From: Hypanus sabinus
Taxonomy: Eukaryota
Length of the DNA stretch: 64,000 bases
Direction: 5' to 3'
Assembly (NCBI RefSeq): GCF_030144855.1
Contig: NC_082714.1
Span: forward strand, 43,090,001-43,154,000
The position numbers and the translations under genes were made by a program. The notes below the pieces were generated by a model. The model was not told where the DNA came from. It made no database searches and worked only from the letters and a program-made list of their open reading frames with translations. Of the stretch, positions 11,450 through 23,327 are shown piece after piece. Within the stretch, counting starts at the first letter, position 1; each line of letters opens with the position of its first letter.

Positions 11450-11567
11450 TTAAAAGTAAAGAAAAAATGAAAGTTTATTTCAGTATGTTGGCCATTTTTG
11501 CTTCAGCTTCTCTTAATTGTCTAAGTAGTAATATGGTGTAGTTAATAGTTTAAAACTTTATTTTTTG

Positions 11568-11781
11568 GATACAGCGCAGAGTAGTCTCTTCAGGCCTTTT
11601 GAGCCATGCTATACAGCAATCCCCGATTTAAGTGTAGCCACAATGACCAACTAACCCACCAGTTAGTAGGCGTGGACTGTGAGAGGAAACCCACATGGCT
11701 ACAGGGAGAACGTACAAGCTCCTTGTGGGCAGCAGTGGGAACTGAACCTGCATCACTGACACTGTAAAGCGTTGTGCTACC
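11568..11781 (-). mobile_element. tRNA-derived SINE (V-SINE/HE1-like)
   Basis: Minus strand reads ggtagcacaacgctttacag...ggttcagttccc (A/B-box-like), then gtacgttctccc...gtgggtttcc core. Confidence 0.7.
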
Positions 11782-12209
11782 TTGCGGCCCCATATCAAAC
11801 TACAAGCTATACATTGTTTTCTTTTCAGGAGGTGAGGGCGCAGTGAAATATAGGATGTTTATTTTTAAAAAGTGCTTTGTTTTTAAAGTAAGTATTGTTT
11901 CACAGCTGAAGAAGTTAATATTGGAGCATGTGAGTGAATTGGAAAAATACTTATCAAAACTGCTAGTGTAGTGTATTGATGGTTATAAATCTGCTTGATT
12001 GCAATGCTCATGGATATAATATAAATGCTGTACTGTACATTGAGCTGAGTACTAAATCCCAAATCCATGAGTATTTTTGTGAATGAGTTGTCATTGGTGA
12101 TTCATCTTCCTCACATGATCTTACAGTAAGAAAAACATCAATTGGGCAAATTGCCATTTCTTCTCTACCTTGTTTAAGGCAGCTTTTTGTTCTTGTTCTC
12201 ATTGTTTGC

Positions 12210-14663
12210 TAATAGTTTTCTTTCCTGCTGGTGTATCTGTTGGGGACTAACAGCTAGAAATAATAATACCTGAGCTGGGTATATCTTGACACAACAACAA
12301 CTGGAGGAATTAGTTAAGTGTGGCTAGGAGGGGAGGGGAGAAAGCATTTCAGTAGTGCTTACACCAGCATTAGGGAGACAGGGAAATGAGCTTCACCTGA
12401 AGTGGGCTGAGAACCACGATTGAGCTTTAAATTAAATGATGCAGTGTAGCTGTAGATGGGGAGCAATGGCTGGAGCTTCTGGAGACAATTTGGAAGGTGC
12501 AGGAAAGATGCATTCTAAAGATGAAGTATTCTTTGATTTGTGAGAATAGTTCTTTCCTTTTGCTTGTTTTTTCTTTCCACTCTTTTCTATAAGTGTATAC
12601 CCCAGATAAATACTTTGTGGAGATTTGTGATATATATGATTATATGATATATATGTACAATGTCTGAAATACATCTTATGAAAATGTTTGTTTGATGAAC
12701 TTCAATAAAAAAAATTACAAAAAAAAAGATGAAGTATTCTGAAGGGAAGATGAGGAAAACGTGGCTGACAAGGGAAGTCAAAGACGGTATAAAAGCAAAA
12801 GAGATGGCATATAATATAGCAAAAATTAGTTGGAAACTTTAAAAACCAACAAAAGGCAACTAAACAAAACCATAAGGACTTAAAAGATGAAATGTGAAGG
12901 TAATCTGGCCAATGATATAAGAGGAGACCAAAAGTTTTTTTCAGTTATATAAAGAGTAAGAGAGAGATGAGCAGATAATGAACTGCTGGGAAATGAAACT
13001 GCAGAGGTAGTAACATGGAGCAAAGCAATGGCAGATGAACTGAATAAGTATTTGGTGTCAGTCTTCATTGTAGAAGGTAATAGTGGAATGCCAGAAACTC
13101 AAGAGTGTCAGCAGAAATGAGTGTCATTGCTATTACGAATTGCTATTGGGAAGATGAAGTGTCCGGAGGTAGATAAGTTAGTTAGACCAGACCAGATGGA
13201 CTACATCCCAGGGTTCTGAAAGAGGTAGCTGAAGAGATTGTGGAGGCACTGGTAATGATCTTTCAAGTATCACTGTATTCTGGAATGTTTCCGGAGGACT
13301 GGAAAATTGCAAATATTACTCCACTCTTTCAGAAGTGAGGGAGACAGAAGAAAGGAAATTATAGGCTGACTTCAGTGGTTGGAAACATATTGGAGTCTAT
13401 TATTAAGGACAAGGTTTCGGGGTACTTGGAAACACATGTTTTTCTTAAGGGGAAATCTTGCCTAACAAATCTGTTGGAATTCTTTGAGCAAATAACAGGA
13501 TAGACAAAGGAAAGTCAGTGTATGGGATTTTCAGAAGGCTTTTGACAAAGTACTGCACATGAGGCTGCTTAACAAGATGAGAACCCATGGTATTATAGGA
13601 AAGATACTAGCATGGATAGAAGATTGGCTGACTGGTAGGAGGCAAAGAATGGGAATAAACATTCTGGTTGACTGCTAGTGGTATACCACAGGGGTTGGTG
13701 TTGGGACTGCTTCTTTTCATGTTATATCACAGTGATTTGGATTTTGGAATTGATGGCTTTATGGCCAAGTTTGCTAACAGTTTCGAGGTAGGTGGAAGGG
13801 CCCATGGTTTTAAGGAAGTGGTGTGCCTACAGAAGGACATAGACAGATTGTGAGAATGGGCAAAGAAGTGACAGATGGAATATAGTGTAGGGAAGTGCGT
13901 GGTTAGGTACTTTGGCAGAAGAAATAAAGGTGTGGAATATTTTCCAACAGGGGAGAAAATTCAAAAATCTGAGGTGCAAAGGGACTTGGGAGTCCTTGTG
14001 CAGCATTCCCTAAAGTTAATGCAGGTTGAGTTGGTGGTAAAGAAGGCAAATGCAATGTTAGCATCCATTTCAAGAGGACTGGAATATGAAAGCAAGGATG
14101 CAATGCTTTATAAAGCATTGGTGGGACCACACATGGAGTATTGTATGCAGTTTTGGGCCCTTTATCTAAGAGTAGATGTGTTGGCAATGGAGAAGGTCCA
14201 GAGGAGGTTCGCAAGGATGATCCCAAGAGGGAAATTGTTAACATATGTCTGATGGCTGTGGGCCTGTACTCACCGGAGTTTAGAAGAATGGTGGGGGGAT
14301 CTCATTGAAACATTGAATATTAAACGGCATATATACAGTAGGATGTGGAGAGGATGTTTCTAAGAGTGGGTGAGTCTAGGGCCTGAGGGCACAGCCTCAG
14401 AATAGAGGGACGTCCATTTGGAATAGATGAGGAAAAGTTTCTTTAGCCAGAGAGAACTGAATCTGTGGAATTCATTGCCATAGACAGCTGTGGAGGCCAA
14501 GTCATTGGGTATATTTAAGGCAGAGGTTGATAGATTCTTGATTAATCAGGGCCTCAAAGGTTACAGAGAGAAGGCAGGAAATTGGGGTTGGGAGCAATAC
14601 AATGGAATGGCAGAGCAGGCTCGATGGGCCAGAAGGCATAATTGTGCTCTTTTGTGTTATGGT
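12210..14663 (+). mobile_element. Decayed CR1 LINE with RT and 3' end
   Basis: PEDWKIANITPLF, FQKAFDKV, SGIPQGLVLG, RDLGVLV, EYCMQFW and KVQRRFARMIP remnants; CR1 3' terminus near 14600-14663. Confidence 0.88.
12533..12724 (+). mobile_element. 5'-truncated L1 3'UTR insertion (192 bp) within CR1
   Basis: Perfect 16-bp TSD AAAGATGAAGTATTCT (12517-12532 and 12725-12740); AATAAA at 12704-12709 and an A-rich tail. Confidence 0.85.
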
Positions 14664-15459
14664 CAAAAATATATCAATTAAGGACAAATGGCAAAAGTTC
14701 AAAAGTAGAAGCATTTTAGCAGAATGCAAAAGTAATCTCATAGTTAAGGATCCTTGTGTAAAGTGTGATTAGGTTAGAATAAAATAGAATTGTATATTCA
14801 TTTCAGGTAAATAATAAGGCTAAAACTGGTCTCAGACCTGAATGAAGACAATTACTTGGCACAAAAGATAAGTTTGTTAAAGCAGATTGGGAGTTTACTT
14901 AAGAGGTATGACAGTTGATTAGTAGAAATATGCAACGAAGTATTAATCCCAACGGAGACCTGTGCCGCTGACTACTAATATTATAAATGAAGAGGGAATC
15001 TATTTGCATTAGAACGTATCAGGGCCTTCCTTGAATGAAAGGAAGGATTATAATGTTGCAAAGAAAAGATGACTCAAGAATTGATAAAAGGAAAAAAAAT
15101 GGCACATGAAAGTAAGCTAGCAAAGAATACCAAAATGGGTTGTAGGAACTTGTATAAAAAGAAAGTAACAATCCTTTTAGAAGCTGTAAAGTAATATTTT
15201 CCGAGGTAACAAGATTTAAGCAGTGATCTAAAGCATTTAGATCTTAGCTATGACACAATATATAATGCTGTCATCTTTTAAGGTAGACATGTGATTGCAG
15301 GTCACATTCCTGACAATGTGGGCTGATACACTCATGCAATACCAAGGGAGTACGTTAGTGCTGGGAATGAGATATCAGATGAGATATTAAATTGAAATCC
15401 TGTCATCACTGAGATGTATGCAAGAGGTTGTGTTGAACTGGTATTAGTTTGGATAATTG

Positions 15460-15580
15460 GGCATTACAGTGGTACAGCAGTTAGCGTGACACGATTACTG
15501 CTCAGGCGTCAGAGTTTGGAGTTTAGTCTCAGTGTCCTCTGTAAAGAGTCTCTGTGCCTGTTCTGTGTTGTATCTCTAGG
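15460..15580 (+). mobile_element. SINE fragment
   Basis: gcagttagcgtgacacgattactgctcaggcgtcagagtttggagtttagt head, similar to the copies at 24325 and 55250. Confidence 0.55.
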
Positions 15581-16384
15581 GAAAAGATATTAATCCCTCA
15601 CCTGTAACTCTCATGATCACGTTTTTGTACGGAAATGTGCTTACAAATCATTTGCCATATTTCCTGTGCTTTGAAACAGTTTGAGAATTTAATTTCCTGT
15701 AAATCACAGTGCTTCACCCTGAGTTCATTAAAGGTTCTTTGTAAATGTGTCTTGGTGAAAATCTGCATGTAATCCATTAAAATTGTCCAAAAAAGTCATG
15801 CCCAATTGTAGCATGTTGTCTTAAAAAGAGTGAATTTTGAAGCATTTTAAAATCCACTAGTTTACATCTGAGGTTATATTAGTGTTTGCTGGATTTTTTT
15901 TACAGTTCCACAATGAAATGCTGTCTTTAATCTGACTTTAATCTTATGTATAAGATTTTACAAATTAACATGCCTCCCCCCCCCCACCGCCCAAACTTCA
16001 AAGTCATACTGACTGGCAGTCTCTCAGCTGTGATCTGATGCTGTATTCCATCTGGAGTTCAATAGTACAGTATGAACTTAGTGAATTCCCCTGAATTTAA
16101 ACTGGGGGCGCTGCCTATTGAATCTGTGCTGGATTAGATAATTGATTTGAGATGAGTTGCCAAAGGGCATAAAGGTGAGCATGAGGTGAATTATATTTTA
16201 ATTGTTCTGATGATTTTTAAGTTTTTTTTGTGATTTTTTAAAATGTTTGTTTTAATTGTATATAGATTTCTATCTTGAATGGTTCTGCATTTCAAGGATA
16301 CTACCATTTAAAGTTTTAAAAAGAACTTTAGAAATTAGCCTGTGTTTATGACAAAGCTAGGAATTTGCATCTTGTAAATCTGCA

Positions 16385-16750
16385 GCAGTGCAGTGTCAGA
16401 ATGGTGAACAATGTTTCTTATGGCTCTGAGTGCCAGATTCAATCCTGATTTTGGATGCTGGAGTCTGTATATTCTCCCCATGACTTTATGGGTTTCTGTC
16501 AGATTGCACATCTGTGCAGTCAGCATCTTCTCATGTGCTGATGAATTAATCTGTGACTGCAAATAGTCCCCTGGTACAAGTGGTAGAAAGAATCAGAGGG
16601 GAGTTGTTGGGCATGTGAGAGCGTAAGTTGTAGGGATAAAAGAAAATCCGGAGATGATGAATGAGTTTTATTGGATTTTCTCTGCTGGGAGCTGACTAGC
16701 TTGTACCTAGTGAGTCATAAAGTCTCTTCATCTACTGTGTCATGATAAGT
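16385..16750 (+). mobile_element. Decayed SINE (V-SINE-like)
   Basis: gattcaatcctg B-box-like, then tattctcccc-atgactttatgggtttc core and agtggtagaaagaatcag tail. Confidence 0.5.
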
Positions 16751-16814
16751 AATTAATGTCTGCTAAATCTGTTCGCTAAATCATAGAACACTTTGTTTTT
16801 GTTTTTATTTTTAG

Positions 16815-16873
16815 ACACAGTGTTAGCTCTGGATGTTTTTGAACATGCTGCCACATTTGCCAGTTGTTCAAAG
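16815..16873 (+). CDS. TBL3: TBL3 coding exon
   Basis: tttttag| acceptor; (D)TVLALDVFEHAATFASCSK; donor gtatga; 59 nt, phase 1 to 0. Confidence 0.95.
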
Positions 16874-16969
16874 GTATGATCTATTTTCTTAAAAGATAGA
16901 ATTGTAAGGATTTAACAGGTTATTAATCAGTATAATAAACGCCTCTAAATTTTTTCCGCCATGTTTCAG

Positions 16970-17076
16970 GACAGAACGATTCGAGTCTGGCGAATGAATG
17001 AAAAGACTGGCAAAGTGAAATGTGTTGCGCAAGGGTTAGGACACGCCAACTCTGTTGGTATCATTTCCTGTTCTCG
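16970..17076 (+). CDS. TBL3: TBL3 coding exon
   Basis: tttcag| acceptor after a 96-nt intron; DRTIRVWRMNEKTGKVKCVAQGLGHANSVGIISCS(R); donor gtaaga; phase 0 to 2. Confidence 0.95.
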
Positions 17077-17299
17077 GTAAGAATTTTGTCAAAAGCTGTC
17101 AATTATTTTTCATTAGTTTCAAAGTTACTTTTGCTGTAACTAGCCTTTGTTTGGAACTGAGATAAAGAAATCAATACTAAATTAGTTTCATCTTAAAATT
17201 ATTATCCGCATCCCTCTAGACCTGTGTCTGCCCTAATTTAGCAATCTCATCAAACTCCAACTCACTGGATGATTTCTGCAATTCTAGACTCTTACACAC

Positions 17300-17900
17300 T
17301 GAGACATCGAGCAGTATAGCATGAAATCAGGTCCTTTGGCCCAACGAGTCCATGCCAACCATGGTATCTCCAATTTCCTGTATTTGGTCCAAATTCTAAT
17401 CCCCGTCCCTGCACATACCTGTCCAAGTGCTTTCTATATGATAGTATTGCACCACTTCCTCTGGGAACACGTTCCGAATACTCACCAGTCTCTGCGTGAC
17501 AAAATTGCCTTCAGATTCTTTTAAAATCTTTTCCCTCTCAGCCTAACCCTACGCTGTCTAGTTTAGGACTCCCTTACCATGGGAGTAGACCATCCGCCTA
17601 TCCATGCCTATCATAATTTTAAACATTTCTGTAAGGTTGCCCTCATTCACCTGAACTTCTCCCTGTAACTCAGGCCCTCAAGTCCTGGCAACGTCCTCAT
17701 AAAACCTTTTGGCATTATTTTCCAGTTTACCATGTCTTTCATAGAGCAGGATGACAAAAACTGTACAGGAACTTCCAGTGCGACCTCACCTCTGCAATAT
17801 AATATCGAAGCTCTATATCTACTGCCGTGACTGAAGGCCAGTGTGCTAAGCCCTTTTTTTCACTGCTGTATTTACATCCGAGTTTAGTTTCACTTGGTGG
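17300..17900 (-). mobile_element. Decayed CR1 3' fragment
   Basis: Reverse-complement CR1 3' end (caggtcctttggcccaacgagtccatgcc) and late ORF2 remnants. Confidence 0.65.
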
Positions 17901-18068
17901 CTCTAAAGCTCCCTCCTTAAATCTTGTGAACAATTGCCACCTCCATACCCCTGTTAAAATGCTTCCTAAAACTTAGAGCTTTCTTATTTGACACCTGTTC
18001 TAATGGCTCATTTTGTGCTTAGAAGTTTTATTTGACAAAATGCTGTGTAGTTATTTAAGAAGTTTTTA

Positions 18069-18527
18069 CAGGTTTCCCCCACTATCTGAAGGTAAAGGGT
18101 TCCTATGAAATGGTTCATAAGCCAAAATGTCATAAATCGAAGAAGCAATTACCATTAATTTATATGGGAAAAATTTTTGAGCATTCCCAGATCCAAAAAA
18201 ATAACCTACCAAATCAAACCAAATAACATATAAAACCTAAAATAACACTAACATTATAGTAAAAGCAGGAATGATCAAAATCGGGAGTACAGCGAGCTGA
18301 AATCGATTTGGAGAAAAAAAAAACGCACCTACATGCATGCACAAACAATTGCCTGCACAAGGCTTCACAGTCATTGTAGTCAATCTCAGGGTAAACACAC
18401 ATATAAAGCTGGTGTCTTTTTTTCGTAAAAGCAAAAATCCTCTTTGGCTAGCGAAAACAGGTAATAATGTATGTCTTTTGTAACAGTGAGCTGTCGTAAA
18501 GCGAACGTTCGAAAAACGGGCCACCTG
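18069..18527. mobile_element. Non-autonomous pogo/Tigger-like DNA transposon
   Basis: TA|CAGGT...ACCTG|TA termini with imperfect TIRs; no ORF. Confidence 0.7.
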
Positions 18528-18877
18528 TATTACATTAAACATTATTTAGATCTAAATATTTACAGCAATTGATATAGCAGTTGTGTACTGAATTAAGGCT
18601 CCCTCCTGCCAATAAGCTTTCACTGCCTTCCAAGTAGTGTGGCTATTGCTTTCAGACTTTATTTCCTGACGATGAAGCACACCTTTTTCTGTAGCACAAT
18701 TTCCGTATTCCAGCTTGTCTTTAAGTGGAAACTTGCAGATGTATCGTGCCATCGTTGAAAGTGAGAAGATGATTGTTGATACCTCTAGCTGATAAAGTGC
18801 TTATCATCTGTCTACTGATTCAGAGATCTCTCTACATTACAACCTGATTGAATGTGTGTACTATATCTTAATTACAG

Positions 18878-19025
18878 ATTGAAGGAAAACTTCATAGTTA
18901 GTGGTAGCCAGGATTGCACCTTGAAGCTGTGGAACCTTACAAAGTGCCAAGCCTCTAGGAAAGATGATAAATCTGCAGAGCTTGAAGTTCTTCGTGCTAG
19001 TTTGACAGAGAAGGCCCATGACAAA
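18878..19025 (+). CDS. TBL3: TBL3 coding exon
   Basis: ttacag| acceptor; LKENFIVSGSQDCTLKLW...TEKAHDK; donor gtaaga; phase 2 to 0. Confidence 0.95.
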
Positions 19026-20695
19026 GTAAGAGATTGCATATTCTTGTCTTTTGATTAATGCTAGAACAACAGTGAACAATTGCACCAAACGACTGTGTTT
19101 AAGAGGAAAACAAGGAAATGTGGTGGATGGGACTGGTGATTCTGGGTTATCTATAGTAATTTACACAACGCACTAAATTCTCAATTGGTTCTATGTTTAT
19201 TTTGGATAGGCAAGACCAATGGTCATTTTTTCTTCCTGCAACCATATAGTACTATCAAGTCTCCCAGAATGCTTCTGTGTTCTCTGACTGTTGTTTGAAA
19301 ATAACCTTCATAGACTTGGGAACGACGTAACTAACTTCACTATCCGAGCAGTCTCACCCCGTCTGTTGCTAATGATGTCAGACTGCTTATTTACTCTCTT
19401 TAAAGAGACTGCTCTCTTTACTTGGCTAGGCAACAGTTTCCTCCCCACTAAATGTTGGGAAGGTTGAAAAACAACAGGATTTGGGTTCTGCATATCCACA
19501 CCACTGATTCCATCCATCTCCTGGCAAATTGACTCAATTTGCCTGCTCTGGTTCGGAGTTAAATCTTGGAGCCAATATCCGTTTCATTGCAAGCAGTTAA
19601 CCTCCGTGTCCATTACATCCCTTTGACCTTTGACGATACTTTTGCTGCTAAAACTCCTATTTTGAAGGGCAGTGCACCTATTAAAGATCACTAAATTGAA
19701 GTAAGTATCATGGAGTTGTAAGGTAGAGAAGTAATGCATGTTGAAACCCTGGAAAGAGGTGGTTGTGATGAGGGATTAAGAAAAGATAAATGGGAGAGAC
19801 AACTTCAGCTCTAAAGAACAGGTTAAATTCTGACCTCTAGAATTTGTTCATTTAGTGACTGCTTGGGTACATCTGGATTCTACAATTTTCTCTAATATCG
19901 CAAAGATGTGCCCAATAGGTTAATTGGGCACTGTAAATTGCCCCTTGTGTGTGGGTGAGTGGTAGAATCTGGGAAGAGTTGATAAGACTGTGGGGAAAAT
20001 TTTTACAAATATTTGTGTGACTGGTTGAAGTGTTGCTTCTGTGCTATATGAGTCTAACTACCCTTCCATTTGTTTCTTCAGTGTCAGCTGCTTCACCTCC
20101 CAGTTGGCCAATTCCACCCTTCTGTTTCCTTTAGCTTGGTATTAGATTTGTAGTTCATGTTATATAAGCAAGTAATGCAGAATATATCATGGCCATCTTC
20201 ATTGCATTGGTTCTTAACCCCCTAGTGCCTCAAAGACTAAAGGTCTCATGGTAAACCTCCTCATGTGGTTACCACTTCCCTATCTTTGTAACCTCCTCCT
20301 ACAGCGCTATCCCACAAGACTACTTCATTCCATAGACTTCCCGCCCACATTTTTCTGCGTCCCCACCATTTAATTTCTGCATTTTCACTCCTTTCTCCTC
20401 CCCTCCCCCCAACCCCACCAGGCTCTGGAATTCACGCCCTGAAGTTTTGCCTCTCCGTTTATCTTCTTTAATCCCTCCTCAAAAGGACTTCCCTCTAGGG
20501 TTTCAACGTGCATTATTTCTCTATCTCTCGCTTAGCTTAAACACTGATACTTTTTTTTTCCAACTTACAGTGATCTTTAGAGTACCATAGAAATGCATTT
20601 GTAATGATGAACCATATTGCATTGTGAACGAAAATTTTCATTAGTTATGACAAAAGATGATTTTTAAAAAATGTTTCCTCTTTGTTATTTTGTAG

Positions 20696-20926
20696 GATAT
20701 AAACAGTGTGGACATTTCTCCAAATGACAAGTTGATAGCAACAGGCTCCCAGGATAGGACAGCAAAGCTCTGGTCATCTTCCAATTTCTCACTCCTGGGA
20801 GTATTTCGAGGCCACAAACGTGGGATTTGGTCTGTCCAGTTTTCTCCAATGGATCAAATCCTTGCTACCTCATCAGCAGATGGCACTGTCAAACTGTGGG
20901 GACTTAAGGACTTCAACTGTTTAAAG
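20696..20926 (+). CDS. TBL3: TBL3 coding exon (WD40 repeats)
   Basis: tttgtag| acceptor; DINSVDISPNDKLIATGSQDRTAKLW...GHKRGIWSVQFSPMDQILATSSADGTVKLWGLKDFNCLK; donor gtgcaa; 231 nt, phase 0 to 0. Confidence 0.96.
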
Positions 20927-21389
20927 GTGCAAAGCTTAAATTGAAGAGAAGGAAGGCATATCTTTGTGTGTGGTGGTTAGGTTGAATAAAGGCCATCTGG
21001 CCTCCTTATTAGCAATGCTGGCAATGGTAATTAGGTATCATAGCACATCAGATTCCTTAACACCAGTTTAAATCCAGGGCAGGAATTGGAAGTTTTAGGA
21101 TGGGTGGTCAAGAAAAATTTTGATCCATTTGAACTTGCTCATATTAGTTGCTTCATTTCAATTGGCTATTGTTTCATGGATTCCTCCATGAATTGATTCA
21201 TCAAGAGGTGGGATGAAGAATTCAGTGTTAACAATTTTTGGGGCAGGCAGCTGAGCAGGAAACTGTATCATTAAAGTTCTAGAAGTAACATCTCCAACCT
21301 TTTCTTCCTTCTTCCTGATTAAATCTGAGATCTTTCACTAATATCCAATAGCCAGTATATTGTGCTTTTGATAAAATTACTTTTATCAA

Positions 21390-21725
21390 TGCACAAGTCA
21401 AATGGTCTCCTCTCTCTCAGCGATAGGAGGTCCATTTTTCTCCCCTATCGGATTCCTCCTTCAGCCCTTTACTGTTTTCACATCTTTTCCTAGCTTCTCG
21501 CTTCACCCCCCCCATCCACCCACCTTCTCTCCCCCCACCCTCCCTATTTACTTGGCCTCTTTTCCCTCTTTCGCCTCCCGCCTCACCTTCTTATTCTGGC
21601 TTTGTTCCCCTACTTTCCAATCCCAATGACAGGTCTCAGCCTAAAGGGTTAACTGTTTATTTGTCTCCATAGCTGCTGCCAGGCCTGCTGGGTTCCTCAT
21701 GCATTTTTCATGTGTTCCTCCGAAT
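21390..21725 (+). mobile_element. Penelope-like 3' tail fragment
   Basis: Similar to 800-1050 (cctatcggattcctccttcagccc...ctcaccttcttattctggc...ggtctcagcc...ctgctgggttcctc). Confidence 0.6.
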
Positions 21726-21980
21726 CCAACAGTGGGCCTTTTTTTATGCCTACTGTAGATCTCAAAATACTGCAAAAGTGAACAGGGGAACTTATTTCCT
21801 TCCTTCTGTTACCTTGCACATAGGTAACAAAACTGTTACATAGCAGTTTTTCACCAAAGCAAGAGATGTAACACCTGTCCCATTGCCTGCATTCTTCCTG
21901 TTCTGGGCCCAAAAAAGCTCCCTGGATAAATCAGTATCTTAGTGTAATATACTTGCTGCTCCTGAAATCTTCCCTTCAAC

Positions 21981-22054
21981 CACGGGTTCCCAACCATGGA
22001 CCCCCTCGGTTAATAATAGGGGCTCATGGGCATAAAGAAGGTTGGGAACACCTA
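21981..22054 (+). mobile_element. Tiny hAT-type MITE copy
   Basis: cacgggttcccaacc...ggttgggaacacct TIRs; same family as 23248-23327 and 61947-62006. Confidence 0.65.
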
Positions 22055-22284
22055 CACTAGAGGAAAATACTACAGTCACACAGATCTTGGCCACTTCATG
22101 GCATACCTTCATTCGGTCAACAAGCATGGCCTTGAGTTTCTGATGATTTGTCATGATTGATATCTCTACTCTTTAACAGTCTCTAGACCCCTTGTACCAA
22201 CAAAAGGCATAAACTCAAGCTTACTCTTCATCTTCTGACTAAACACTTTATAATCTTGTAGATATTAGGTAGGTCTTCCATTGT

Positions 22285-22872
22285 GCAAGCTCACTGGTCA
22301 GCTGTAGAGAGGTCATGTTGCAACTCTACAAATCTCTAGAGAGACCACACAGAGTATTGTGTTCAGTTCTGGTATAGGAAGGATGTGGAAGCTATGGAGA
22401 GGGTGCAGAGGAGATTTACCAGGATGTTGCCTGGATTGGAAAACAAGTCTTATGAGGCAAGGTTAGCAGAGCTGGGACTTTTCTCTTTGGAGCACAGAAG
22501 GATGAGAGGGGACTTGATAGAGGTCTACACGATTATGAGAGGCATAGATAGGGTGGATAGCCAGTACCTGTTTCCCAGGGCATGAATAGCAAACACTAGA
22601 GGGCATATGTACAAAGTTAAGGGAAGGAAGTTTAGGGGAGACATCAGGGTTAAGTTTTTTTACACAAAGGATTGTGGGTGCCTGGAATGACTTTGCCAGG
22701 GATGGTGGTGGAGGCTAAAACATTAGGGGTATTTAAGAGCCTCTTGGACAGGCACATGGATGAAAGAAAAAGAGGTTTAAAGTGTAGTGTGGGTTTAGTA
22801 CTTTTTGTTAAGGAATATATGAGTTGGCGCAACATCGAGGGCTGAAGGCCTGTACTGTGCTGTAGTATTCTA
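22285..22872 (+). mobile_element. CR1 3' portion
   Basis: ERVQRRFTRMLPGLENKSYEARLAELGLFSLEHRRMRGDLIEVY is the canonical CR1 ORF2 C-terminus; 3' tail ggcctgtactgtgctgtagtattcta. Confidence 0.9.
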
Positions 22873-23247
22873 GCTGCACTGTTGACCACACTTGTTTCTT
22901 GCATCCTTGTCTCCATGAGATGGCAGGGGAAGGGGCTCCAGAGTAGCTCTCTGGATGGAGAGGTACAATCATCTAGAAGGGAAATAGTAATATCAAAAGG
23001 CACAACAAGAGAGTCCGTGTGTATGTCAAAGGAATTCAAAGCTATTCTAATTAAAGGGAAATCACTAGTAAAATAAACTCAAAGCGTTAATTAACATCGG
23101 GGTTTACCGTATTGTTGCTATCACTAAGATGGTTGAAGGACTGGCAACTGAATATTCCAGGCACAGAATATTCAGATGAGTCAGAAGGATGTTAAAAGGG
23201 GAGGAGGATATTGCACTACTTTATTATTGAGGGAGAGGATCTTAGAA

Positions 23248-23327
23248 CAGGGATTCCCAGCCTGGCGTCCATGGACTCTTTGGTTAATGGTCAGGGTCCA
23301 TGGCGTAAAACAGGTTAGGAACTCCTG
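23248..23327 (+). mobile_element. Tiny hAT-type MITE copy (80 bp) inside an old CR1 remnant
   Basis: CAGGGATTCCCAGCCT...AGGTTAGGAACTCCTG TIRs; degenerate 8-bp flanks tcttagaa / tcctatga. Confidence 0.7.

Noticed and set aside
11568-11781. tRNA-like A/B boxes (also at 24325 and 55250)
   Set aside because: These are SINE heads joined to a V-SINE-type core and tail; no cloverleaf, so not tRNA genes.
20600-20670. Intronic RUGAUGA near a 3' splice site (also about 26144 and 48638) as possible C/D snoRNAs
   Set aside because: No properly spaced terminal CUGA with a closing stem or recognisable rRNA antisense element. A snoRNA covariance search would be needed to exclude them fully.
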